DNA of 64,000 nucleotides from an uncultured Planctomycetota bacterium (GTDB lineage Bacteria; Planctomycetota; Planctomycetia; Gemmatales; Gemmataceae): NCBI GenBank assembly GCA_963849325.1, contig CAWKHF010000012.1, positions 992,001 to 1,056,000 of the forward strand, read 5' to 3'. Shown piece by piece: positions 55,712 to 64,000 of this stretch (position 1 is its first letter; each line of letters starts with the position of its first letter). The notes under the pieces were generated by a model. It saw only the letters and a program-made list of their open reading frames with translations, ran no database searches and was not told where the DNA came from. The position numbers and the translations under genes were made by a program.

Positions 55712-56191
55712 ATGACGCCGTACCCGGATGCCCAGCCGAGTCGTGTCCCGCGGCCAACGCGGGACCGAAGGTCCATGAAGGAGTTGCCCACAATGGACGA
55801 GTGTGAACGGAACGCTGTGTCTCCCCCCTGCCTGATCCTGGCCCACCCCGATGCCGTTTATGGCAGCGTGGTCGCCCGCGGCTTCCGCCGGCTGGGCTGG
55901 GACGTGTACCTCTCCCGCAGTGGCCCGGAGGTGCGCCGCCTCGTCCGCATGCTCGAGGCCAACGTGGTCGTCCTGGACGCCGACCTGCCCGAAGAGAGTG
56001 GCTGGCTCACCTGCGACAAGCTGACGCGCGAACAGCCGCTTGCCAAGATCATCCTCGTCAGCGACAACCTCAGCCGGCGTAACCTCGAGTTGGCCGCGTT
56101 CGTCGGCGCCAGCGCCCTCGTCCGCCATGCCGCCGGGTTGGTCCCCCTCGTCGAAGAACTGTGCGGCGCCGCCGTGTCAGCCGCAGGATGA
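55712..56191 (+). CDS. Stand-alone atypical receiver-domain protein (start uncertain)
   Basis: LILAHPD, FRRLGWDV, VVVLDADLPEESGWL, KIILVS, VGASALV. Confidence 0.7.
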   Translation: MTPYPDAQPSRVPRPTRDRRSMKELPTMDECERNAVSPPCLILAHPDAVYGSVVARGFRRLGWDVYLSRSGPEVRRLVRMLEANVVVLDADLPEESGWLTCDKLTREQPLAKIILVSDNLSRRNLELAAFVGASALVRHAAGLVPLVEELCGAAVSAAG

Positions 56192-56206
56192 GAAGGGGCG
56201 GCACAA

Positions 56207-56266
56207 AACCGAGCCGCGACCGTCAGGGAGCGGAGAAGACCGCTCCCTGACGGTCGCGGCTCGGTT
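56207..56266. repeat. REP-like palindrome, family B
   Basis: AACCGAGCCGCGACCGTCAGGGAGCGG-agaaga-CCGCTCCCTGACGGTCGCGGCTCGGTT between convergent genes. Confidence 0.95.
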
Positions 56267-56273
56267 CGCTCGC

Positions 56274-56744
56274 TCACGTCGCCACTTCAAACTGACACTC
56301 GATCTCCACCGGAATGTTGCCCGGCAGCGATCCCATGCCGACGGCGCTGCGCGAGCCGACGCCGGCGTCCTCGCCGAACACCTCGGCCATCAACTCCGAA
56401 AAGCCATTGATGACCTGCGGCTGTTCCTTGAAGTCGGTCGTGCCGTTGACCATGCCCAGCGTCTTGACCAGGCGCTGGACCTTGTCCAGCGAGCCGAGCG
56501 TGGCCCGGACGGTGCTGAGGATGTTCAGGCCGACGGCGCGGGCGCATTCCTTGCCCTGCTCGACCGTCAGGTCGGCGCCGACCTTGCCCTGCATCGGCGT
56601 CTTGTCGCTGATTTTGGCCGGGCCGTGGCCGGAGACGTAGAGCATGTTGCCGACGAGCACGGCGGTCTTGTACTTGGCCACGGGTTTGGGCGCCGGCGGC
56701 AGAGTCAGGTGCAGCTCCTGGATGCGGGTTTCCGGCTTCGCCAT
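56274..56744 (-). CDS. RidA/YjgF-family protein
   Basis: LPPAPKPVAKY, LYVSGHGP, VINGFSEL, RSAVGMGSLP..IPVEIE. Confidence 0.92.
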   Translation of the reverse strand: MAKPETRIQELHLTLPPAPKPVAKYKTAVLVGNMLYVSGHGPAKISDKTPMQGKVGADLTVEQGKECARAVGLNILSTVRATLGSLDKVQRLVKTLGMVNGTTDFKEQPQVINGFSELMAEVFGEDAGVGSRSAVGMGSLPGNIPVEIECQFEVAT

Positions 56745-56943
56745 GAGGTCTCTCCTTCGCGGGGTGAGGGGCAAGCGTCCGTAAACGAACCTCCATTGTT
56801 ATCCGCCCGGGGCGGCGAGGTCAAGCGGCCGAGCGCGGAAAAACACTGACCTTGACGGGAAAGACGACAGCGATTATCGCAGCCGTCCTTGCCCCGGCGG
56901 AAGCGGTTGGCGGGACCGGGGAGGGAACGGAGGAGGGAGCACG

Positions 56944-57178
56944 ATGATGGGAAAACGGATTCTTGTGGACGGCGGCCCTGGCGGTCGTGCTGACGTCGGC
57001 GGGCTGCACGCGAAGTTGGTGCGAGCACCACGGCTACTACCCGGCGGCACCGTATCAACAACCCTGCTGCGTGCCGTGTTGTCCCTATCCCGCGCAACCG
57101 GCGGCCTATCCGGCGGCGGCGCCGACCTGGACGCAGCCGGCCGCCGCGCCGTGTACGTGTCCGCCGCCTCACCCCTGA
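56944..57178 (+). CDS. Small Cys/Pro-rich putative lipoprotein (probable frameshift near 56960)
   Basis: RBS GGAG; MMGKR / WTAALAVVLTSAG-C lipobox, then WCEHHG, PCCVPCCP, CTC. Confidence 0.6.
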
Positions 57179-57363
57179 TCGACCGCTCGCTCCGCTCTTG
57201 ACCTTTCGGACTCCGCCGGCGGCCCTGACACGATGGAAACGACATCGCGATTGCGAACGGTTCCAGTGGCGTCCAAACGGCATCTCGGCTACGATGGGCG
57301 GAAGGAGGGAGGCCCGGCCGGCGAGCCGTGCTGTGATCTCGGATCCCGAGCGGAGAGCGAACG

Positions 57364-58623
57364 ATGCGAACAATACGGATGACATTACGATCGACGGTAG
57401 TGGCGCTGACGGCGCTGACGTGTCTGGTCGCCGGCCGACTCGGCGCCGAGGAGCGCGATTCGAGCGTGCGCCGACAGGTGCTCAAGCTCAACGATGTCAC
57501 GGGCATGGACCCCCTTCGCGGCGAGGTCGCGGCCCTGCTCGAAGACAAGGCCGCCGCCCGGAAACTGCTGACCGAGGCCGCCCACATCGCCAAGGAGAAG
57601 CCGCAGCCGTTCAACTACAACGCCTCCCTCATCCTGGCCACCGCCGCCGCGCAGCTCAAGGAGTACGATGCCGCCGAGACCTTCTATCGACTGCATCTGG
57701 ACCAGGCCAAGCACCTGGCCAGCGTCAAGGGTCTGGCCGCCGCCTACGGCGGGCTGATCAAGATTTACTACGAGACCAAGAAATTCGCCGACGCCGAGAA
57801 GATGTGCAAGGAAGCCCTCGACCTCAAGAGCGAGGACGGCGATAAATCCATCGACCGCTTCAAGTCGGCGGTGATGGAAGAGATGCTCCTGGCCATCGCG
57901 CGGCAGGGCGACACGGATCGAGCCATCGACATCATCGACCGCATCCTCAAGAACGCGCCGAACAGCTGGCTGGCCCTGGACCTCAAGGCCCGCGTCTACC
58001 GTATCGCCGAGAAGAACCAGGAGGCGGCCAACGTCTACGAGGAAGCCCTGCGCCGCCTCAAGGATGACGCGGACCTCAAGCCGGAAGCCAAGGACATTCT
58101 GGCCGACGACATCCGCTATTCGCTGAGCGGGTTGTACGTCGATCTCAATCAGGTGGACAAGGCCGCCGAGCAGCTCAAGGCGCTGCTGGCCAAGGAACCG
58201 GACAACGCGACGTACAACAACGACCTCGGTTACATCTGGGCCGACCACGACAGGAACCTGACCGAGTCGGAGAAGCTGGTTCGCAAGGCCATCGAGGAGG
58301 ACCGCAAGCTACGCCGCAAGGTCAACCCCAACCTCACGCCGGACGAAGACAAGGACAATCCCGCCTACCTCGACAGCCTCGGCTGGGTGCTTTACAAGCA
58401 GAAGAAGTACCAGGAAGCGAAGAAGTATTTGCAGCAAGCCGTCGAGCAGGAGGACGGCAAGCACGTCGAGATCCTCGACCATCTCGGCGACGTGCTGCTG
58501 GCCCTGGGCGAGAAGGCCGAGGCCGTGGCCGCCTGGAAAAAGGGCGTGGCAGCGACCGGCGACACGAAGCGCGAGCAAAAGCGCAAGGCGGAAGTGCTCA
58601 AGAAGATTAAGGCCAACGAGTAA
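57364..58623 (+). CDS. Secreted tetratricopeptide repeat protein
   Basis: Signal peptide; NNDLGYIWAD, AYLDSLGWVLYK, ILDHLGDV. Confidence 0.9.
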   Translation: MRTIRMTLRSTVVALTALTCLVAGRLGAEERDSSVRRQVLKLNDVTGMDPLRGEVAALLEDKAAARKLLTEAAHIAKEKPQPFNYNASLILATAAAQLKEYDAAETFYRLHLDQAKHLASVKGLAAAYGGLIKIYYETKKFADAEKMCKEALDLKSEDGDKSIDRFKSAVMEEMLLAIARQGDTDRAIDIIDRILKNAPNSWLALDLKARVYRIAEKNQEAANVYEEALRRLKDDADLKPEAKDILADDIRYSLSGLYVDLNQVDKAAEQLKALLAKEPDNATYNNDLGYIWADHDRNLTESEKLVRKAIEEDRKLRRKVNPNLTPDEDKDNPAYLDSLGWVLYKQKKYQEAKKYLQQAVEQEDGKHVEILDHLGDVLLALGEKAEAVAAWKKGVAATGDTKREQKRKAEVLKKIKANE

Positions 58624-58648
58624 AGAAGGGCGCGTCCAGGAATACCTT

Positions 58649-58715
58649 CGTTTAGCCGCGACGCGCAGCGGAGCGCGGGAGACCCCCGCGCTCCGCTGCG
58701 CGTCGCGGCTAAACG
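58649..58715. repeat. REP-like palindrome, family D
   Basis: CGTTTAGCCGCGACGCGCAGCGGAGCGCGGG...CCCGCGCTCCGCTGCGCGTCGCGGCTAAACG. Confidence 0.95.
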
Positions 58716-58762
58716 TTGGAAGTCATACCTGGGCACTCCCTTGTTTTTTGGGAGACGGTGTG

Positions 58763-60136
58763 ATGGCTTCTCTCCCCATCGCCGACCGGCTGGCCGAGTA
58801 CGGTTGCCGGCTTCGTTTCGAGCATCTGCCGGCCGAGACGGTCCATGAAGTCCAGCGTCGCTTCCTCGATTCGCTGGCCACCGCTGTCGGGGCCATGAAC
58901 GCCGACGCCTACGTCCTCGCGCGCCGCTGCGCCCTGCGCGTGCAGGGCCGGCCGGGCGCCGGCCTGCTGGGCGGAGGCGAAAGCAGCGTCGAATGGGCCG
59001 CCTTCGTCAACGGCCTGCTCATCCGCTATCTCGATTACAATGACACCTACTTGTCACTAGAACCGGCTCACCCGAGCGACAACCTGGCCGCCGTCCTGGC
59101 CGTCGGCGACATGGTGAAGGCTGATGGTCCGGCCCTCATCACGGCCGCGGTCCTGGCCTATGAGATCCAGTGCCGGCTGTGCGACGCGGCCAGTCTGCGC
59201 AGGCACGGCTTCGACCACGTCACCTACGGCGCCCTGTCCTCCTGCGCCGCCGCTTGCAAGCTGCTCAACCTCGATGCGGCGAAGACGGCCCACGCCCTGG
59301 GACTGGCCGGCGTGTGCAACGTGGCCCTGCGGCAGACGCGCGCCGGCGAGTTGAGCATGTGGAAGGGCTGTGCCTTCGCCAACGCGGCACGCAACGGCGT
59401 CTTCGCCGCCCTGCTCGCCGCCGAAGGCATGACCGGCCCGGCCCCCATCTTCGAGGGCGAAGTTGGCATCATGAAGCTCTTGACCGGACCCTTCGAGCTG
59501 CACGGCCTGGGCGGCGAAACCCACGACGGCGCGACACTGCCGTTCATGATAAACCAGACGTACATCAAGTTCTGGCCGGCCGAGTATCACTCGCAGAGCG
59601 CCATCGACGCCGCCCTGCAACTGCGGAGCGAGATCGGCGATCCGAAAAGGATTCAATCCATCGACATCCACACCTTCGACGCCGCCGTGGACATTATCGG
59701 CAAAGATCCGGAGAAATGGCGGCCGCGGACGCGCGAGACGGCCGACCACAGTTTGCCGTACTGCACGGCCGTCGCCTTGATGGATGGCGATGTCACGGAT
59801 GCGCAGTTTGCTCCGGAGCGTTTCCAGGAGCCGGTCTTGCTGGAACTGGTGGCGAAGATCAAGGTCCACCGCGACGCCGTCCTCAACGAGCGCTATCCGC
59901 GCGGCATCCCCAACCGCCTGACGGTAACGCTGGCGGATGGCCGCCAAATGGTGCGCGAGGTCGAGTTTCCGCGCGGCCACGCCCACAACCCGATGAGCGA
60001 TGCCGAGGTCGAACACAAGTTCCGCGGCCTGGTCGAGCCGCGCTACGGCAAGGAGCGAGCCGATCGTATCCAGACGGCGTGTTGGAAGCTGGACAAGCTC
60101 AAGGAAGCGGGCGAGCTGATACGGTTGGTGGATTGA
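58763..60136 (+). CDS. prpD: MmgE/PrpD family 2-methylcitrate dehydratase
   Basis: RYLDYNDTY, AHPSDN, GFDHV, SMWKG, KFWPAEYHSQ, RETADHSLPY, PRGHAHNPM. Confidence 0.88.
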   Translation: MASLPIADRLAEYGCRLRFEHLPAETVHEVQRRFLDSLATAVGAMNADAYVLARRCALRVQGRPGAGLLGGGESSVEWAAFVNGLLIRYLDYNDTYLSLEPAHPSDNLAAVLAVGDMVKADGPALITAAVLAYEIQCRLCDAASLRRHGFDHVTYGALSSCAAACKLLNLDAAKTAHALGLAGVCNVALRQTRAGELSMWKGCAFANAARNGVFAALLAAEGMTGPAPIFEGEVGIMKLLTGPFELHGLGGETHDGATLPFMINQTYIKFWPAEYHSQSAIDAALQLRSEIGDPKRIQSIDIHTFDAAVDIIGKDPEKWRPRTRETADHSLPYCTAVALMDGDVTDAQFAPERFQEPVLLELVAKIKVHRDAVLNERYPRGIPNRLTVTLADGRQMVREVEFPRGHAHNPMSDAEVEHKFRGLVEPRYGKERADRIQTACWKLDKLKEAGELIRLVD

Positions 60137-60191
60137 GAAAGCGCGCGGAAATGCGAACCGTCTCCCACGTTGCTGCGGCGTGGACGACACT

Positions 60192-60923
60192 CTACTTTTT
60201 CAGAAGCGTTGAAAGCTCCGGTGGGGCCGGTATCGGAGGTTCCGCGGCTTGCTCGCGCAGGCGCGCGGGCACGCTGTCCTGAACGGCCTCGACGATCGAT
60301 GCCGGCGTGGGTACCGTTACCGGCTCCGGCGTGCTGATCCGCACTTCCCGCACGCGCAGCCGACGGAAGTAGTGATAAACGAGGTAAGCGACGACGCCCG
60401 CCGCCACCAGGTACACCGCCCAGTTGTTGGCGTATTGGTGAATCAGGCTCATGAGGCCGGCCCCACAGAAGAAAAGCAGACCCACGCCGAAGACAGCGTA
60501 CACGGCGTCGGCGATGATGAAGCGGACGAAGGGAAACGACAGGGCGCCGGCGACGACGAAAACACCCGTCCGCAAGGGCGGCAGCAGTCGGGCCGTCAGC
60601 AGGATCTTGATGCCGTGGCTGTGGAAGAGGCGCTCGAAGCGCAACCGCCGCTCCGGTTTGACGATCCGCTTGACCCAGCGGTACTCGAACAGGTGCGGCC
60701 CACACCATCGACCCACGCCGTAGAGGGTCATGTCGGCGCACAGGACGCCCGCCCCCGCGGCCGGCCAAGCCCACCACCAATGCACGTTCGGATGCACCGC
60801 CGCCAACCAGGCCGCGTAACCGATGCCGCCCTCTTCCGGGAAGGGCGGCAAGCCGATCCCCGTGCAGTACAACCACAGGAAAATCGAGGCGTACCAGCCC
60901 ACCGCTTCGAGGAACGTATCCAT
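60192..60923 (-). CDS. DedA family membrane protein
   Basis: GIGLPPFPEE, ADMTLYGVGR, TARLLPPLRT, RFIIAD. Confidence 0.88.
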   Translation of the reverse strand: MDTFLEAVGWYASIFLWLYCTGIGLPPFPEEGGIGYAAWLAAVHPNVHWWWAWPAAGAGVLCADMTLYGVGRWCGPHLFEYRWVKRIVKPERRLRFERLFHSHGIKILLTARLLPPLRTGVFVVAGALSFPFVRFIIADAVYAVFGVGLLFFCGAGLMSLIHQYANNWAVYLVAAGVVAYLVYHYFRRLRVREVRISTPEPVTVPTPASIVEAVQDSVPARLREQAAEPPIPAPPELSTLLKK

Positions 60924-61063
60924 CCTCTTTTCCTCCCCTCGGTGTGTCACCCTCTTCTTGTCCTTCCGCCTCCTCTCCAAGGTATCTTCAAATACTGTGC
61001 CAATGTCCGCGGGAGGGCAGTGCGCCGTGGAGGTTGGTGGCCGAACCTGTGCCCCCCTCCGCC

Positions 61064-62140
61064 TCAGGGAATCGGCCTGACCGGGCCGCTATTCCTCGCC
61101 GTGCTCCCCGCTACCGCCTTCATCGCGTCCGGGAGGGCCAGGTTCACTTCCAGGACGTTGACGAGCGGCACGCCGGCCAGACCGCCGAAGGGCGCCTCCG
61201 CTTTCTGACTCAGCAGGTTCTCGATCGCCTTGCGGATCTCGACCGGGTCCGCCCCCGTCTTCCGAGACCAGGCGTCCACCACCCCATCGATTTGATGACG
61301 GGCGTTCGCCAGCGTGATGTGCGGGTCCAGCCCCGAACCGGAAGCCATCACCCGGTCGGCCGGCACTTCGACCAGTTCCACGTCCGGATGCTCCTGGAGC
61401 CACAGATCGAAGAAGTTCCGCTGGATGTCCACGTCTTCCGTCACCGGCTCGATCCGCTTCTCCGTCTTGCCGTCTGCCGTCGTCTTCTCCACCGTCCCCG
61501 GCCACGTCCCTGGATACGTGCGGGAAAAATGGGTGAAGAAGGGGACCGCGAGATCCTCAGGCTTCGGCTCCGGGGTATCCGGATTATTCGCCACGCACTC
61601 CGCCACTTCCTTCGGATGAGCGGCTTGCCAGCGACCGACAAAATCACTGTTTGGCTTGTCCGCCTTGACCCAGGCCTGCGCCAGGAACGGGTATTTCTCC
61701 GCCCACTGGGCGAGGAGGTGAGGTTTTCCCTGGAAGTGGTCTTGCTGGAACCACTGTTCAATGTCCTTGCCAACGAGTTGGGCCTTTTTCGGGCCGCCGC
61801 GGTACTTGACGATGGGTCCGAGCGCCTGGGCGACGCGGGCGCGCAGCCTGGGATTGTTGGCGCTATAGTTTGAGCCACCCGAGGCAGAGGCATCGTAAGA
61901 CGGCGACGAGGGCCGTGGCTGGAAATACTCCGGCCCGTTGAACGCCTGACCGATCAGCCGCGAGCCGACCGCCTCGCCGTCCGTGCGAACCGGCTGGCCA
62001 TCCTTGCCGACCAGGCTGCCCGAAGCCTTGTTCGGGAAAATCCCCTGACCAATCACCCACAGCGTCAAAGGATACAGAATGGAGCAAATCAGTACGGTCA
62101 AGCCGAGAAGCCATAGATTGGCGCGGAGATGCGCGTTCAT
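61064..62140 (-). CDS. kdpC: K+-transporting ATPase subunit C, long form
   Basis: ILYPL, ASGSL, GSRLIGQ, YFQPRPS, SGGSN, ASGSGLDPHI, VNVLEVNLAL. Confidence 0.92.
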   Translation of the reverse strand: MNAHLRANLWLLGLTVLICSILYPLTLWVIGQGIFPNKASGSLVGKDGQPVRTDGEAVGSRLIGQAFNGPEYFQPRPSSPSYDASASGGSNYSANNPRLRARVAQALGPIVKYRGGPKKAQLVGKDIEQWFQQDHFQGKPHLLAQWAEKYPFLAQAWVKADKPNSDFVGRWQAAHPKEVAECVANNPDTPEPKPEDLAVPFFTHFSRTYPGTWPGTVEKTTADGKTEKRIEPVTEDVDIQRNFFDLWLQEHPDVELVEVPADRVMASGSGLDPHITLANARHQIDGVVDAWSRKTGADPVEIRKAIENLLSQKAEAPFGGLAGVPLVNVLEVNLALPDAMKAVAGSTARNSGPVRPIP

Positions 62141-62169
62141 GGGATCACCTTTGCAAAGGAAGCGCGAAT

Positions 62170-62228
62170 GTTTAGCCGCGACGCGCAGCGGAGCGCGCAA
62201 TGCGCTCCGCTGCGCGTCGCGGCTAAAC
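62170..62228. repeat. REP-like palindrome, family D, between kdpB and kdpC
   Basis: GTTTAGCCGCGACGCGCAGCGGAGCGC...GCGCTCCGCTGCGCGTCGCGGCTAAAC. Confidence 0.95.
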
Positions 62229-64000
62229 GAGGAGGGTCAACACCATGTCAATCATTTTGATGCCGATAAACGGCACGATCACCCCGCCCAGACCCCAGAT
62301 CAGCAGGTTACGGCGGAGCAGCGCATCGGCGCCGACCGGCCGATACGTAACACCCTTCGAGCGCGATGGGGATCAACAGCGGAATGATGATCGCATTGAA
62401 GATCACCGCCGACAGGATGGCCGACTGCGCCGAGTGCAGGCGCATGACGTCGATGGCCTTCAGCCACGGCAGCGTCGAGGCGAACAGCGCCGGCACGATG
62501 GCGAAATACTTGGCCAGGTCGTTGGCGATGGAGAAGGTCGTCAGGGCGCCGCGCGTCATCAGCAGTTGCTTGCCGATCTCGACGACCTCAATGAGCTTGG
62601 TCGGATCGCTGTCGAGATCGACCATGTTGCCGGCCTCCTTGGCGGCTTGCGTGCCGCTGTTCATGGCCACGCCGACGTCGGCTTGCGCCAGGGCTGGAGC
62701 GTCGTTGGTGCCGTCGCCCATCATGGCGACGAGCTTGCCGCCCTGCTGCTCCTTGCGGATGTAGGCCAGTTTGGCCTCCGGCGTCGCCTCGGCGATGAAG
62801 TCATCGACGCCGGCCTTCTCGGCGATGTATTTCGCTGTCAACGGATTGTCACCCGTGACCATGACCGTGCGCAGGCCCATGCGGCGCAGCCGCTCGAAAC
62901 GCTCGCTGATGCCGGGCTTGAGGATGTCCTCCAGCACGACCAGGCCGGCGATGCGGTTGCCCTCGCAGACGAGCAGCGGTGTCGCACCCTGTCCGGCCAC
63001 GTTATCGACTTGTTCCCGCAAGCGCGGCGGGAGAACGCCGCCCTGTTGCTGGACGTGGCGAATGACCGCATCGGCGGCGCCCTTGCGAATGACTCGGCCG
63101 TCCGGCAAGTCGATGCCGCTCATGCGCGTCTGGGCCGTGAATTCCACGAAGCGCGCGCCGGGCGGGGCGATGCCCGATAGTCCTCCCTCGCCGCCCAGGC
63201 GGCGATACAGCTCGACGATGCTCTTGCCCTCGGGAGTCGGATCGGCGGTCGAAGCCAGGGCCGCCAGGGCGCCGACGTCGGCGGCGGACAGTTCGCCCAG
63301 CGGCACGAAGCGCGTGGCCCGGCGATTACCCATCGTGATGGTGCCGGTCTTGTCCAGCAGCAGCGTATCCACGTCGCCGGCCACCTCGACGGCCTTGCCG
63401 CTCTTGGCGATGATGTTGGCCCGCAGCGCCCGGTCCATGCCGGCGATGCCGATGGCCGCCAGCAGCGCCCCGATCGTCGTCGGGATCAGGCACACCAGCA
63501 GCGCCACCAGCGTCGGCACGTCGGTGCCCAGGCTGCGCGTCTCTTCGCCGAGATAGCCTTGCATGTACAGTTCGGTGTGCCGGGCCATCGGCCACAGCGC
63601 CGCCGTGACGATGAGGAAAATCAGCGTGAACGCGGCCAGGACCAGCGACAGGGCGATCTCATTGGGCGTGCGCTGACGGATGGCCCCTTCGACCAGGGCG
63701 ATCATGCGGTCCAGGAACGATTTGCCGGGCCGTGAGGTGATCGCCACGACGATGCGGTCGGACAGCACGCGCGTGCCGCCGGTGACGCCGGAGCGGTCGC
63801 CGCCCGCCTCTCGGATGACCGGCGCCGACTCGCCGGTGATGGCCGACTCATCGACCGAGGCGACGCCGGCGACGATCTCGCCGTCACCGGGGATCATCTG
63901 GCCGGCGTAGATCACGACGAGATCGCCCTCGTTGAGCCGCGTGGACACCGTCTCTTCGAGCAGGGTCGGATCGAAGTCGTTCGACCCCGACAGCGCTGTG
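62223..64000 (-). CDS. kdpB: K+-transporting P-type ATPase subunit B (5' part outside the window; frameshift near 62355)
   Basis: [49 protein letters not shown]. Confidence 0.96.

Overview
GC-rich chromosomal segment from a Planctomycetota genome, most likely Gemmataceae-like. This is inferred from a BBP7 beta-barrel, a DUF1559 prepilin-type protein, an ECF sigma factor with a long C-terminal extension, DUF1080, Uma2 nucleases and the conserved HTH-receiver regulator. About 45 CDSs are present: a TolC/HlyD/MacAB-type efflux operon, mfd, greA, an M42 peptidase, mnmG, two two-component systems, a Kdo hydroxylase, aquaporin-arsC, mbfA, two sugar-oxidation clusters, a ferredoxin, RidA, prpD, DedA, kdpC and partial kdpB. 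Many conserved genes carry single-base frameshifts that look like assembly errors. No rRNA, tRNA, CRISPR array, integrase or intact transposase was found. The most interesting signals are: (1) a ~320-nt densely structured RNA leader (GNRA hairpins, candidate pseudoknot, alternative pairings) between a consensus sigma70 promoter and the HTH-REC regulator; (2) more than 20 short palindromic elements of about 10 families, several recruited into proteins (an in-frame insertion in Mfd, donated stop codons, and the start codon plus signal peptide of a beta-lactamase-like gene); (3) an ECF sigma factor fused to BamD-like and POTRA-like modules; (4) a sensor-less sigma54 activator next to a ferredoxin with a candidate sigma54 promoter and enhancer sites; (5) an orphan candidate ART-like toxin/immunity pair; (6) a 112-bp MITE with a TAA target-site duplication. 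All family assignments come from motif recognition, not database searches.
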